Of a stretch of DNA of 64,000 nucleotides, positions 19,033 through 27,710 are shown piece after piece (position 1 is the first letter of the stretch; every line of letters begins with the position of its first letter). A program made the position numbers and the translations under genes. Source of the stretch: Solirubrobacteraceae bacterium (GTDB taxonomy: Bacteria; Actinomycetota; Thermoleophilia; Solirubrobacterales; Solirubrobacteraceae); NCBI GenBank assembly GCA_049591495.1, contig JBAWFB010000040.1, positions 3,752-67,751 on the forward strand, given 5' to 3'. Under the pieces are notes generated by a model. That model was not told where the DNA came from. It saw nothing but the letters and a program-made list of their open reading frames with translations, and did not search any database.

Positions 19033-20139
19033 ATGACCGATCCGGGCGTGGATGCAGGAATTGAGGAGATCGACGAGTCTCGGGACGGGGTTCTAGACGA
19101 CTGGGAGCGGCTGGCCGAGAGCGTTGGAGCAAACCCGTTCCTACACCCGGGATTCGTGCTGGCCTGGCAGCGTGCGTTTGGGCAGGGCCCCCTGTTGCTT
19201 GCCACGATCCGCAGCCGAGGCGAGCTCACCGCCGCTGTGCCGTTGGTCCGTCGTGGTGCGGTGCTTGCGTCTCCGGCCAACTGGCATACTCCGGCGACAG
19301 GTCTGCTCGCACAGGATGACGATGCTGCAACAGCGCTGGCCAAGCTCTTGATCGGGGAGCACCCCCGCCGGATATCGCTTGCGTTTCTCGACAGGAAGGA
19401 TGCGGGCACAACCGCTATCAGCGCCGAGGCTCGCCGTGCGGGATACCGGATTCTCGAACGGACTCTGGCGTCTCCTCCCTATCGCGACCTAGCGGGGGAT
19501 TGGGAGGCCTTTGAATCGGGGATGCGCTCGGACATACGGGGGAACCTGCGCAGACGTCGCCGCCGGCTCGAGGAGCGCGGAGAGGTGTCATACCTTGAAA
19601 GTGACGGACGCGCCAACCTCGATGAGCTGCTCGACGAGGTGGTGCGAGTCGAGGCCATGGGCTGGAAGGGTGAGCAGGGAACGGCGATCGGCTCGCGACC
19701 TGACACGCTGCGCTTCTATCGCGACGTCGCGAGCTGGGCGGCGGATCGAGGGTGGTTGAGGATTCACCTTTTACGCCTCGATGGGCAAGCGCTCGCCGTT
19801 GGGTTTGCGCTACGAGTCGAGGGTGTCCACTATGTGCTCAAGATAGGCTACGACCCCGAATACCGGCAGCTGGCGCCGGGGATGCTGCTGCTGTATGAGC
19901 TTTTCCGTGGCGCTTTCGCCGACGGGCTGCGCCGCGTGGACATGCTGGGCGAGGACGAAAGCTACAAGCGCACCTGGTGCCCCGAGGTGCGTGAATGCAT
20001 AGGTCTACAGGCGTTCTCTCCGTCTGTCCCAGGGCGACTCGATCATCTTGTCTTCACGCAAGGTCGCCCGCTCGCTAAGCGACTTGCAAGCCGGGGGCTG
20101 CTGGGACGGTTTGCCACCACCGACGGCCCGCGTCTGTGA
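19033..20139 (+). CDS. Fem/CelD-like transferase, paralogue 4 (divergently transcribed)
   Basis: It carries DDWERLAESVGANPFLHPGFVLAWQRAFG and WKGEQGTAI, with the same architecture as paralogues 1-3. Confidence 0.7.
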   Translation: MTDPGVDAGIEEIDESRDGVLDDWERLAESVGANPFLHPGFVLAWQRAFGQGPLLLATIRSRGELTAAVPLVRRGAVLASPANWHTPATGLLAQDDDAATALAKLLIGEHPRRISLAFLDRKDAGTTAISAEARRAGYRILERTLASPPYRDLAGDWEAFESGMRSDIRGNLRRRRRRLEERGEVSYLESDGRANLDELLDEVVRVEAMGWKGEQGTAIGSRPDTLRFYRDVASWAADRGWLRIHLLRLDGQALAVGFALRVEGVHYVLKIGYDPEYRQLAPGMLLLYELFRGAFADGLRRVDMLGEDESYKRTWCPEVRECIGLQAFSPSVPGRLDHLVFTQGRPLAKRLASRGLLGRFATTDGPRL

Positions 20140-20168
20140 GCTGGGTGGTCGCCGCCATCAAATGATCG

Positions 20169-22013
20169 TCAAGCGAGATCGGTCGCCACTCCCATGTCTG
20201 TCTCGTGGGAACTGCTCGCGGATGATCTGCGCAGCTCGCGGTTGAGCGCCAAGTCAAGCGCCTTGTGGGCCGAGCGCTGGGACTCGTATGGCCTCAGAGT
20301 GTGATCCCGGCCGGGGATGAGTCTCAAGGTGACGTTCGGCCAGCGATCCAGGTGGTCCAGCCGGCCCTCCAATCCGAGCTCTTCGTGAAGCGGCTCGTTG
20401 CCGGTAAAGAGGAATTGAAGATGCTTGTCGGTGTCGCGGAGCCGATCCAGCGCGCGGTCCAGCTCATCGCCGCCGGAATGACGCGCTCGCCATGCGGCCA
20501 GCCTGCGTTGTGGCAGCACGAGTGGCGCGCGGTAGGCAAGCGTGACCATCCGCCCTGGCGACACCTCCCCGCGCAAGATCTTGGGCCACGAGGACCGGCG
20601 AAGCAATCCTCTGCGAAAGTCGCGGGCGACCTCAATCGAGGGATTCCAGAACAGAGTACGAGGGTTGATCATCAGCGCCGCGACAACCCGCTCGTCCCGT
20701 AGGGCACTGTGGAAAGACCAGTAGGCGCCCGAGCACAGGCCCGTGAGCACAAAGCGCGATTTCAGACCGCGGGCTTCCAGGGTGTCGAGAGCGGCAATCA
20801 CCTGGTCGACCAGCTCTGGAACGTAGAGTTGCCTGAGCTCTGCAAACCGCTGCCCGTCACCGTCGGCATCACCGATGCCCTCCAAATCGAGGCGCAGTGT
20901 CGGTACGCCGTGTGCGCTCCAGCGGCGCGCTGCCTCTACCCACATGCGGTTGGGCCCGATATGGCGGATCCCGCCCGCATTGAGCAGAACTACGCACAAC
21001 TGCTCGGATGGCGTGTCGAGTGGCTCTGACAGGATTCCGAACAGCTGCCCGAAAGGCTGTGCGATTGTCAGCGGTGTCTCGCGAATGCGCGCGCCCGCGA
21101 AATTCAGCTCGATGGTGCTGGATCTCGTCTCCTGTAGAGATGGGGCCGTCGTGGGCTGGGTAAGTGGAGGGTTTGTGGGTTTCGGTGGGCCGCTGTGCAG
21201 CCATGCTTCGACGACGGCGAACGTCTCGGTCGGCGGGCGCGCGAGGTGTGGCTTGGCCATCATCGCGCCGTAGCCGATACCGGCAGCGACCGTCACCTCT
21301 GCGCCTAGCCGCTCGAGGTGATCGCGTAGGCGCGCGTCGGGGCCGATCCCGTCCCGTTCCAACAGGAGCGCACGGCGCAGCAGGCCGGGAGGGATAGTGA
21401 GACTCGCCAGGTCCAGTTCCTGCAGTGCGCGTGTCGTCTCTGCGCTGAGCAGGAAGCCTCCGGCCCCCGTGTAACCCTCAGGAAGCGGCGATGATTCCAG
21501 TTCGCCGGTCGTGTCGCTGAGCTCACCAAACTCGGAGTCCTCGAGTTGGGCAAACACGCGAAGCTCGCGCAGGAATGTGCGCCCACGTGAGGGAACTGCC
21601 CACAGAACGACCTCATCGACCGGGGCGCCTTCGGCGAGCGCCCTGCAGATCACGATGCCTCCCAGGCCGATCCCAATCGCCGTCACCCGGCTCCGTCCGC
21701 TCTCCAAATTCAATCGGGTGGCGGCTGATGTCACCGCGGCTGTCCAGGCCGAGAGCCTCGCTGGATCGCTCATCATGCCGCCACTGTCGCCCGTGCTGGG
21801 CAGATCGATGCGCAGGACCGGGTGACCAGCGGCTGCCAGCTGTTCGGCCCAATTTCGGCGGCTGCGGTAGGAGCAGATGTCATCCCACCCGAAGGGCGGA
21901 CACAGCAGGACGGCTGTGGTATCGCCGGGATCCTCTGCGGGTAGGTGCAAGAGCCCGAATACAGGCTCGGCTCCATCCTGAATGTAGATCGGGCTTGCCG
22001 CCGGCGCGTTCAC
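20169..22013 (-). CDS. Fused tandem alpha/beta-hydrolase-fold protein (two hydrolase-like halves)
   Basis: Half 1 reads AVLLCPPFGWD...VTAIGIGLGGIVI. Half 2 reads LCVVLLNAGGIRHIGPNRMW...FVLTGLCSGAYWSF. Both halves resemble the paired dedicated hydrolases of exosortase-A EPS loci. That resemblance is from memory and needs an HMM check. Confidence 0.7.
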   Translation of the reverse strand: MNAPAASPIYIQDGAEPVFGLLHLPAEDPGDTTAVLLCPPFGWDDICSYRSRRNWAEQLAAAGHPVLRIDLPSTGDSGGMMSDPARLSAWTAAVTSAATRLNLESGRSRVTAIGIGLGGIVICRALAEGAPVDEVVLWAVPSRGRTFLRELRVFAQLEDSEFGELSDTTGELESSPLPEGYTGAGGFLLSAETTRALQELDLASLTIPPGLLRRALLLERDGIGPDARLRDHLERLGAEVTVAAGIGYGAMMAKPHLARPPTETFAVVEAWLHSGPPKPTNPPLTQPTTAPSLQETRSSTIELNFAGARIRETPLTIAQPFGQLFGILSEPLDTPSEQLCVVLLNAGGIRHIGPNRMWVEAARRWSAHGVPTLRLDLEGIGDADGDGQRFAELRQLYVPELVDQVIAALDTLEARGLKSRFVLTGLCSGAYWSFHSALRDERVVAALMINPRTLFWNPSIEVARDFRRGLLRRSSWPKILRGEVSPGRMVTLAYRAPLVLPQRRLAAWRARHSGGDELDRALDRLRDTDKHLQFLFTGNEPLHEELGLEGRLDHLDRWPNVTLRLIPGRDHTLRPYESQRSAHKALDLALNRELRRSSASSSHETDMGVATDLA

Positions 22014-24595
22014 TCGGACTCCTCAGCTGAGGCGATGCGTATGCGTCCATTGAGATTCAAAGCGGTCAACGCGCCTCCGCTGAAGGCAACGCCTGGCTCC
22101 TGCGGACGCAGGCGTACGACGCGTCTTCCACCGGGCTCGATCGAGAAGCCATCGTCGTCTGGTAGGAAGCCGGACGTGTGAATCTCGACGCCGTAGGCCA
22201 GGCGAGTGCTTGTGAGGATCAATAGCACGCTCCCATCGGCAAGTGCTTGCGTCGTCTGTGCGGCCAAGCCCAGGTGCTCGGGGCGCTCGCGCTCGAGCGG
22301 TCGTCCGGCGGGGAAGCGCAGTGTCTGGGAGATGACACTGCCCTCCTCGCCCTCGTCTCCCTCGAGCGTTGCGACGATCGTGTCCTGGCCCGGGGGGGCG
22401 AAGCGGTAGGACCATCCGGCATCGACAAAGTGGCCGATGACCGTCTCGACGTTCCATTCCGCCTGGCTGTGTGCGCCCAGCTCGACCGGTACTCGCGCCT
22501 CCTCGACGCGGTACTCGCGTTCCCTGTAGAGCGCCACGCGCAGAGACGCGCTCAGCGGCTTCGGACTGTCATTGGCTACGTGTACGACGATGCCTCCCAA
22601 CTGCTCGTCGATGGTCCACACGGCGACCGGTGCCAGTACGCGCTTGAGGTGGTAGTAGGCGATCTTTGGGATGCCCTGGTGGTCGACCAAGCCCCAACCA
22701 GCCCCGGGCAAGAGATCGTGCAGCCATAGCACCAGTCCGCCCCCGCACGGCGATGCGTCCCGACGCCACTCACCGAACACCTCAGCCAGGATCTCGCCGG
22801 TGAGCGCGCGCGAGAGCCCCAGATAGCGTGCGCGATCCACGTGGCGAAGCTCCGGCGCGTCAACGTCGAATAGAAGGCGCAGGTAGTGGTCGCGGATGTC
22901 CTCGAAATCCCAGTCGGCTTCGTTCTCGCGCGGGACGCCCGCCTTCCATAGGGGGTGATGGCCAGCGAGCTGTCCGGGCGCCTGCGGGTACATCGCCTCG
23001 ATGGTCGTTTCGGCGGGCACGTGGGAGAAGGCAAGGCACTCCGCAGCGAAGCGCACCTTTGCGCGACGGACGTTCTCCAGCGGAAGCTTGTAGCAGCCCA
23101 CGCCGTAATAGGTGCCGACGCCTCGATCCACTCGGAAGGGAAGCTCACCTCCGAACGGCGCTGACGGAAGATAGGCGGCGTCCACTTTACTGTCGCTTAC
23201 GAGTTGGGGGATCAGCTCTCCAAACAGCTCCCCGCGCCCGAGCGCGGGGTCCAGCCCCATCATCGCCACCTGCTGCTCGACCTCGCTGTTGCCGCACAGG
23301 ACGGCCAGGCTTGGGCGGCCGCCCAGCGCGGCGAGTGTGCCGGCGACCTCGCGCGTGACGCTCGCACGAAACTGCTCATCTGCGATTGGGTAGTCGAGAT
23401 TGGCGAACATGAAGTCCTGCCAGACCAAAATGCCAAGCTCATCGCAGAGATCATGGAAGGCGCTGGTCTCGTATGCGCCGGTACCCGGCAGTCGCAGCAT
23501 GTTCATGCCGGCGTCGCGCACGCGTTCCAATTCCACGCAAAGCGCGTCGGTCGAGGGGGCCAGCCCCACAGGATCGATGGGTGTCCATACCGCGCCGCGC
23601 GCGAACATGCGAACGCCATTGACGTGCAGATCCAAGCCGTCGTGCTCTATGTCGTGTTCTGCTCGCGCTCCGAAGGCGAGGTCCCGGAAACCGACCCTGC
23701 CGGCGTTGACCGTGCTTGTGTTTTGTGCGCCGGTGATCTGAAGGCGCACGTCGTGTAGCGCCGGTTCGCCATGAGTGTGGGGCCACCACCGCGCCACTTC
23801 CGGCACATGCAGCTCGCCTCGCACGGCGAAGAGCCCCTCTCTGGGATCTTCGGCCGCGCTCACCTCAAGTTGACAATTGTGTGTTCCAGAAGGTCCGCTC
23901 AGCTGAACTTCCACGGAGCCCACTCCACCTCCGTCCAACGCACGCAGTTGGGCCAGCACCGAGAGCACTCCATCCTCACCCTCCAGACGCGGGCGCAGGA
24001 TGAGCTCCTGCACGTCGATGTGTCGTCGGCGCTCAAGTCGCACGGCCCGCCACGGGCCGACGCTTGCCGGTCCTGGTGCGATGCCTGGGAGGCGGCCAAG
24101 CAGCATGGTGCGAAAGAAACGCAGGTTGCCGTCGGCGACCAGTGGAGCACGCCAGCGTGCGCGGGGTCGACGGCGCACACCCAGCAGTGGTCTGAGCGCA
24201 CGACAGCGGATCGCCAGCTCGTTCCCCGTGCTCAAATGCTCTGCGATGTCGAGCGCATGGGGCTCGAACATCGAGGTACTTTCGAGTATTAACTCTCCGT
24301 TAAGATATACATCAGCTACCGTCGCGATCCCGTCTAGGTGCAGGATCACATCTTCACCAGGCTGCGCCGGTGGAGTTTCGAAGTTGGTGCGAAACCACCA
24401 ATCCTCGGCGTCGAAGTCATATGGCTCGCCTGGGTGCCACAGCCCTGCATCGTGCAGAGCACCAGCCGCGGTACCGGGTATTCGTGCCGGAATCCAGTTC
24501 AACGCTTCGATGCTTGAGGCATCGACATGCAAGTCTGGCGCCGACCGGGCCGCCTGCCAGCCGACCGACAGGTGATACAGCTCATGGTCGTCCAC
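22010..24595 (-). CDS. Glycoside hydrolase family 2 (beta-mannosidase-like), no signal peptide
   Basis: Motifs are EDWWFRTNF, LHLDGIATVADVYLNGELI and NMLRLPGTGAYETSAFHDLCDELGILVWQDFMFAN. Its stop overlaps the start of the hydrolase gene by 4 nt. Confidence 0.85.
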   Translation of the reverse strand: MDDHELYHLSVGWQAARSAPDLHVDASSIEALNWIPARIPGTAAGALHDAGLWHPGEPYDFDAEDWWFRTNFETPPAQPGEDVILHLDGIATVADVYLNGELILESTSMFEPHALDIAEHLSTGNELAIRCRALRPLLGVRRRPRARWRAPLVADGNLRFFRTMLLGRLPGIAPGPASVGPWRAVRLERRRHIDVQELILRPRLEGEDGVLSVLAQLRALDGGGVGSVEVQLSGPSGTHNCQLEVSAAEDPREGLFAVRGELHVPEVARWWPHTHGEPALHDVRLQITGAQNTSTVNAGRVGFRDLAFGARAEHDIEHDGLDLHVNGVRMFARGAVWTPIDPVGLAPSTDALCVELERVRDAGMNMLRLPGTGAYETSAFHDLCDELGILVWQDFMFANLDYPIADEQFRASVTREVAGTLAALGGRPSLAVLCGNSEVEQQVAMMGLDPALGRGELFGELIPQLVSDSKVDAAYLPSAPFGGELPFRVDRGVGTYYGVGCYKLPLENVRRAKVRFAAECLAFSHVPAETTIEAMYPQAPGQLAGHHPLWKAGVPRENEADWDFEDIRDHYLRLLFDVDAPELRHVDRARYLGLSRALTGEILAEVFGEWRRDASPCGGGLVLWLHDLLPGAGWGLVDHQGIPKIAYYHLKRVLAPVAVWTIDEQLGGIVVHVANDSPKPLSASLRVALYREREYRVEEARVPVELGAHSQAEWNVETVIGHFVDAGWSYRFAPPGQDTIVATLEGDEGEEGSVISQTLRFPAGRPLERERPEHLGLAAQTTQALADGSVLLILTSTRLAYGVEIHTSGFLPDDDGFSIEPGGRRVVRLRPQEPGVAFSGGALTALNLNGRIRIASAEESE

Positions 24596-24628
24596 GCGGG
24601 CGAGCGTACTTGACGCCGACGCGAATCG

Positions 24629-25615
24629 CTAGTCGGCGAGCGCGTCGTCGAGCCTACCCATTGCCTCTTCCCATCCAGTCGCAAGCTTCCTCAACGTCTC
24701 CGCGGGCTCGAAGGCACGACGACGGGCGAGTCTGAAAGAGAGAATCTTGCACCCCTCGACGATGCTTCGCAACGCCTCGGAGGCGCCGGTGGCACGCTCG
24801 CCCAGCAGCCACTCCGCCTGAGTGGCCGCGACCTCGAAAGCGGAGCCGGCCATCCTCACGGTGGCAAATGCGTAGGCGTGATACTCGCTCGCATCGCCCT
24901 CCAGCAGGCGAGGCAGATCCTGCTCCAGCTGCGCGCCGAAGCGTACGAACGGGTTGGAGGTGGGCCGCTGCGCAAGATGTCCGCGCAGCAGCGTCTGCGC
25001 GCGGTCGCGCAGATCGGCGTCGCGCAGTGGTTGAGCAGCGTCGAAACGTACGAGCTCGGTATAGGGGGGGAGAACATCCTCGGAGAACTCGCGTCCGAGG
25101 CGAAACACGCCGCGATAGTCCTCGCCGGCCAGCTCATATAGACCCGTCGCATGGAAGTAGCGCAGCCGCTCCCCAACTGGGTCGATGCCCTCGACCGCAA
25201 CAGAGGTCTTGACGTGTTCGCTGCGATAGCTGGTGGCTGCCGTGTCGGGCAGATACCAGGAGTCCAGCTCGACGATCAGCGTTCGGCCCTCTGCGATCTG
25301 CTCGGCGGCCTGCTGTGGCAATGGCCGATAGGGCTGCATCTCGTGTACGTCAATCCCGAACAGCAGCTCGAGATCCTCGACGAAAGGCTTGAAGAATGTC
25401 CACTGGTCGCCCTCGAAGTCCATCCGCACTGTGCAGCCCATGGCCGCCAGCGGCTCTTGGCCGCGGGCGTGCAGCAGCTCGATCAGGACGTCCGTGTAGC
25501 AGTTGGTTTCCACATAAGTCCGCTCCGGGGCGTGGATCGGATGGGAACGGTAGTTCGCCGGGTCGAGCCCGGTGAGGCTCACGAGTCCAGTGGCAGAGGC
25601 GCTCATGTCTCCCAT
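24629..25615 (-). CDS. DUF1839-like protein (family that accompanies amino acid:carrier-protein ligases)
   Basis: 328 aa with the N-terminal motif YVETNCYTDVLIELLH. It overlaps the ligase gene by 13 nt. The family assignment is from memory of neighbourhood annotation and has not been searched. Confidence 0.6.
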   Translation of the reverse strand: MGDMSASATGLVSLTGLDPANYRSHPIHAPERTYVETNCYTDVLIELLHARGQEPLAAMGCTVRMDFEGDQWTFFKPFVEDLELLFGIDVHEMQPYRPLPQQAAEQIAEGRTLIVELDSWYLPDTAATSYRSEHVKTSVAVEGIDPVGERLRYFHATGLYELAGEDYRGVFRLGREFSEDVLPPYTELVRFDAAQPLRDADLRDRAQTLLRGHLAQRPTSNPFVRFGAQLEQDLPRLLEGDASEYHAYAFATVRMAGSAFEVAATQAEWLLGERATGASEALRSIVEGCKILSFRLARRRAFEPAETLRKLATGWEEAMGRLDDALAD

Positions 25616-26535
25616 AGTTGGCCACTAACCTCAGCCGGCCACGATTGGAGATCGAATCCGTGTGTGTTAAAGAGCGCGATCGTGATTCGCTCGAGGCCAA
25701 ACCCGAGACAGGCTGTGTGTGCCTCGGTGCCGTCAGCCAAGCGAATACCGTAGGCGGCCGTGAAGTGCTCCTGGTGGTAGTTGAACGACGCCACGGCAGT
25801 AGGCTCGGGACCCGCGATTTGAGTGAGCACCTCGAACTTAAGCTGCTGCTCGCGTTGGCTGGCTGCGAGCATCCGGCCGCTGCGCCCGAAGAACGGATCG
25901 CTGGCGACCTCCAGCTTGACCTCCAGGCCGATGCGGCCCAGCAGCACGACCGCGCGGTTGCGCCACATATCGCGCCAGGCTTGGACTGTCTCGGGCTCGG
26001 CGATGCGGACGATCTCGCGCTGATGAAACATCTGCATCCGCGCCGGATCGCCGGAGGGCTCGTGACGAAAGACGTATGAGCCGCCAGCGTCGATCGTGAC
26101 ACCACCTGCCGCCAAGGGCCCGCGGGCGGCGATTGCCGGATACACCGGGTAGCAGGCGGCCGGAGTCAGGACGAGATCGGTCATGCCCTGAAACTCGCTC
26201 CAGTCCTCGTGCTTGCTCGCGCGCTCGTGCTGCTCGGCGGCCTGGCTCTCGGAGCCTTCAAACGAGAAGATGCTGCCCGCGAGGTGGGGAAACGATTTGA
26301 GATAACCGACGGTCTCCAGATCATGGCGAGGCATCACGGGTGGGAAGCGCAACTGCTCGGGCTCCTCAGATACGCCGGTGCGTGTCACAAGGGCGGCGAC
26401 GCGCTCGCGCACATCCTCGAAGTCGCTGCCGCGGCCGTACACGCCGGCGACCCCTGTCTCGATCAGCAGACGGTGCTCGACGAGCGCCGACAGCAGCGCT
26501 GTCTGGTCAGCTGTACCCGGGCGATAGCCCGGCAT
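25603..26535 (-). CDS. Amino acid--[acyl-carrier-protein] ligase (truncated class-II, SerRS-like aminoacyl-tRNA synthetase homologue)
   Basis: The 310 aa comprise a catalytic core only. Class II motif 2 is YVFRHEPS and motif 3 is ACLGFGLERITIALF. Putative Zn ligands are TPAACYP, the Glu in FRHE and HTAC. No tRNA-binding or anticodon domain is present. Confidence 0.8.
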   Translation of the reverse strand: MPGYRPGTADQTALLSALVEHRLLIETGVAGVYGRGSDFEDVRERVAALVTRTGVSEEPEQLRFPPVMPRHDLETVGYLKSFPHLAGSIFSFEGSESQAAEQHERASKHEDWSEFQGMTDLVLTPAACYPVYPAIAARGPLAAGGVTIDAGGSYVFRHEPSGDPARMQMFHQREIVRIAEPETVQAWRDMWRNRAVVLLGRIGLEVKLEVASDPFFGRSGRMLAASQREQQLKFEVLTQIAGPEPTAVASFNYHQEHFTAAYGIRLADGTEAHTACLGFGLERITIALFNTHGFDLQSWPAEVSGQLWET

Positions 26536-27710
26536 TAGACGTCCTTGGCGATCAGCAGCAGACTGGCGTTGGTCTGATGGATCCGCTCGTTGGCGACCAT
26601 CAGACAGGCAGACATCGTGTCGCGAAGGTGGCGCCCCACGCTGAAGGGAGTGTCGTTCTTGAAGCCCATGATCCCGCAGACCCCGAGCGCGCCCTGGCAG
26701 ACACGGGGAGCCTGCTCGGAGGCTGCGATCTTCAGGTTGTTGAAACGCAGCGCCAACGCCATCGTGGAGAGCCGCTCGCGGCCAGGCTCCGCAGAGGCCT
26801 CGGTGAATTCACCGAGTGCCGAGGAGACCTCCGCGCGGAGCAGCGAGAGGTCGCTCATTAGGTGCGACAACCTCAGGGCGACCGGCGGCGTCTCGCCCGG
26901 CTTGCGCTTGGCGGCCGCACGCACGAACGCCCGTGCACGGTCGAAGGCGTCGGTCGCGATGCCCAGCCACAGGTGCGACCAGAGAATGTGCGACACCGGC
27001 ACCATCGACTCGGCCGACACGCGCGGAAACGGCGTTGGCAGTACCTGCTCGGGCTCGATTGTGGCGCGGACCACATACCCGGGCGAGCAGGTTCCGCGCA
27101 TCCCAAGAGGATCCCACGTGCCGCTGGGATCGAGTGAGAGCTGCTCTTTGCGGGCCAGCGCGATGACCTGGTCGCTTGGCTCCGCGTCCGGGGAGCGCCG
27201 GAGCGTTACAAACAGATCGTCGGCGTGTGCGCCGTAGCTGACGGTTGGAGCCTGCTTCTCAAACGCACACGACCCGTCTTCGCCCGGGGTGATGGCTGCG
27301 ACCGAGCTTCCCATGTCGCCACCCGTGCCCACCTCTGAGGTCACCGATGCAATCAGTCGTTGCTCGCGGGAGACGGTTTGGAGGTAGTCCTCAAACCACG
27401 GGGCGCTGTCGAGATGGCGAGCGATCGAGATGACCTGGATCTGGTGCATCGCAAACACCATCGCAGTCGCGCCACAGCGGCGCCCCAGCTCAAAGCAGGC
27501 AGTCGCGATCGTCTCGAATGCGATACCGCCACCGCCGAGCTCGGTTGGGATAAACGCCGACAACGCCTGCTCGGCGCGCAGCGCCTCGATCGCCTCGAAC
27601 GGAAAGCGCGCGTCGCGGTCCACCGCCCCGGCGTTGGGTGCGGCAACGTTATCTGCGATGCGAACTATGGCGTCGAGAAACGCCTGATCGTGGTCCACTG
27701 ACACGCTCAT
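26535..27710 (-). CDS. Acyl-CoA dehydrogenase family flavoprotein (probably acting on a carrier-protein-bound substrate)
   Basis: It has ACAD N-terminal, middle and C-terminal architecture (DRDARFPFEAIEALRAEQALSAFIP...; TSEVGTGGD; WSHLWLGIATDAF). The TAATG junction overlaps the ligase start. Confidence 0.85.
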   Translation of the reverse strand: MSVSVDHDQAFLDAIVRIADNVAAPNAGAVDRDARFPFEAIEALRAEQALSAFIPTELGGGGIAFETIATACFELGRRCGATAMVFAMHQIQVISIARHLDSAPWFEDYLQTVSREQRLIASVTSEVGTGGDMGSSVAAITPGEDGSCAFEKQAPTVSYGAHADDLFVTLRRSPDAEPSDQVIALARKEQLSLDPSGTWDPLGMRGTCSPGYVVRATIEPEQVLPTPFPRVSAESMVPVSHILWSHLWLGIATDAFDRARAFVRAAAKRKPGETPPVALRLSHLMSDLSLLRAEVSSALGEFTEASAEPGRERLSTMALALRFNNLKIAASEQAPRVCQGALGVCGIMGFKNDTPFSVGRHLRDTMSACLMVANERIHQTNASLLLIAKDV

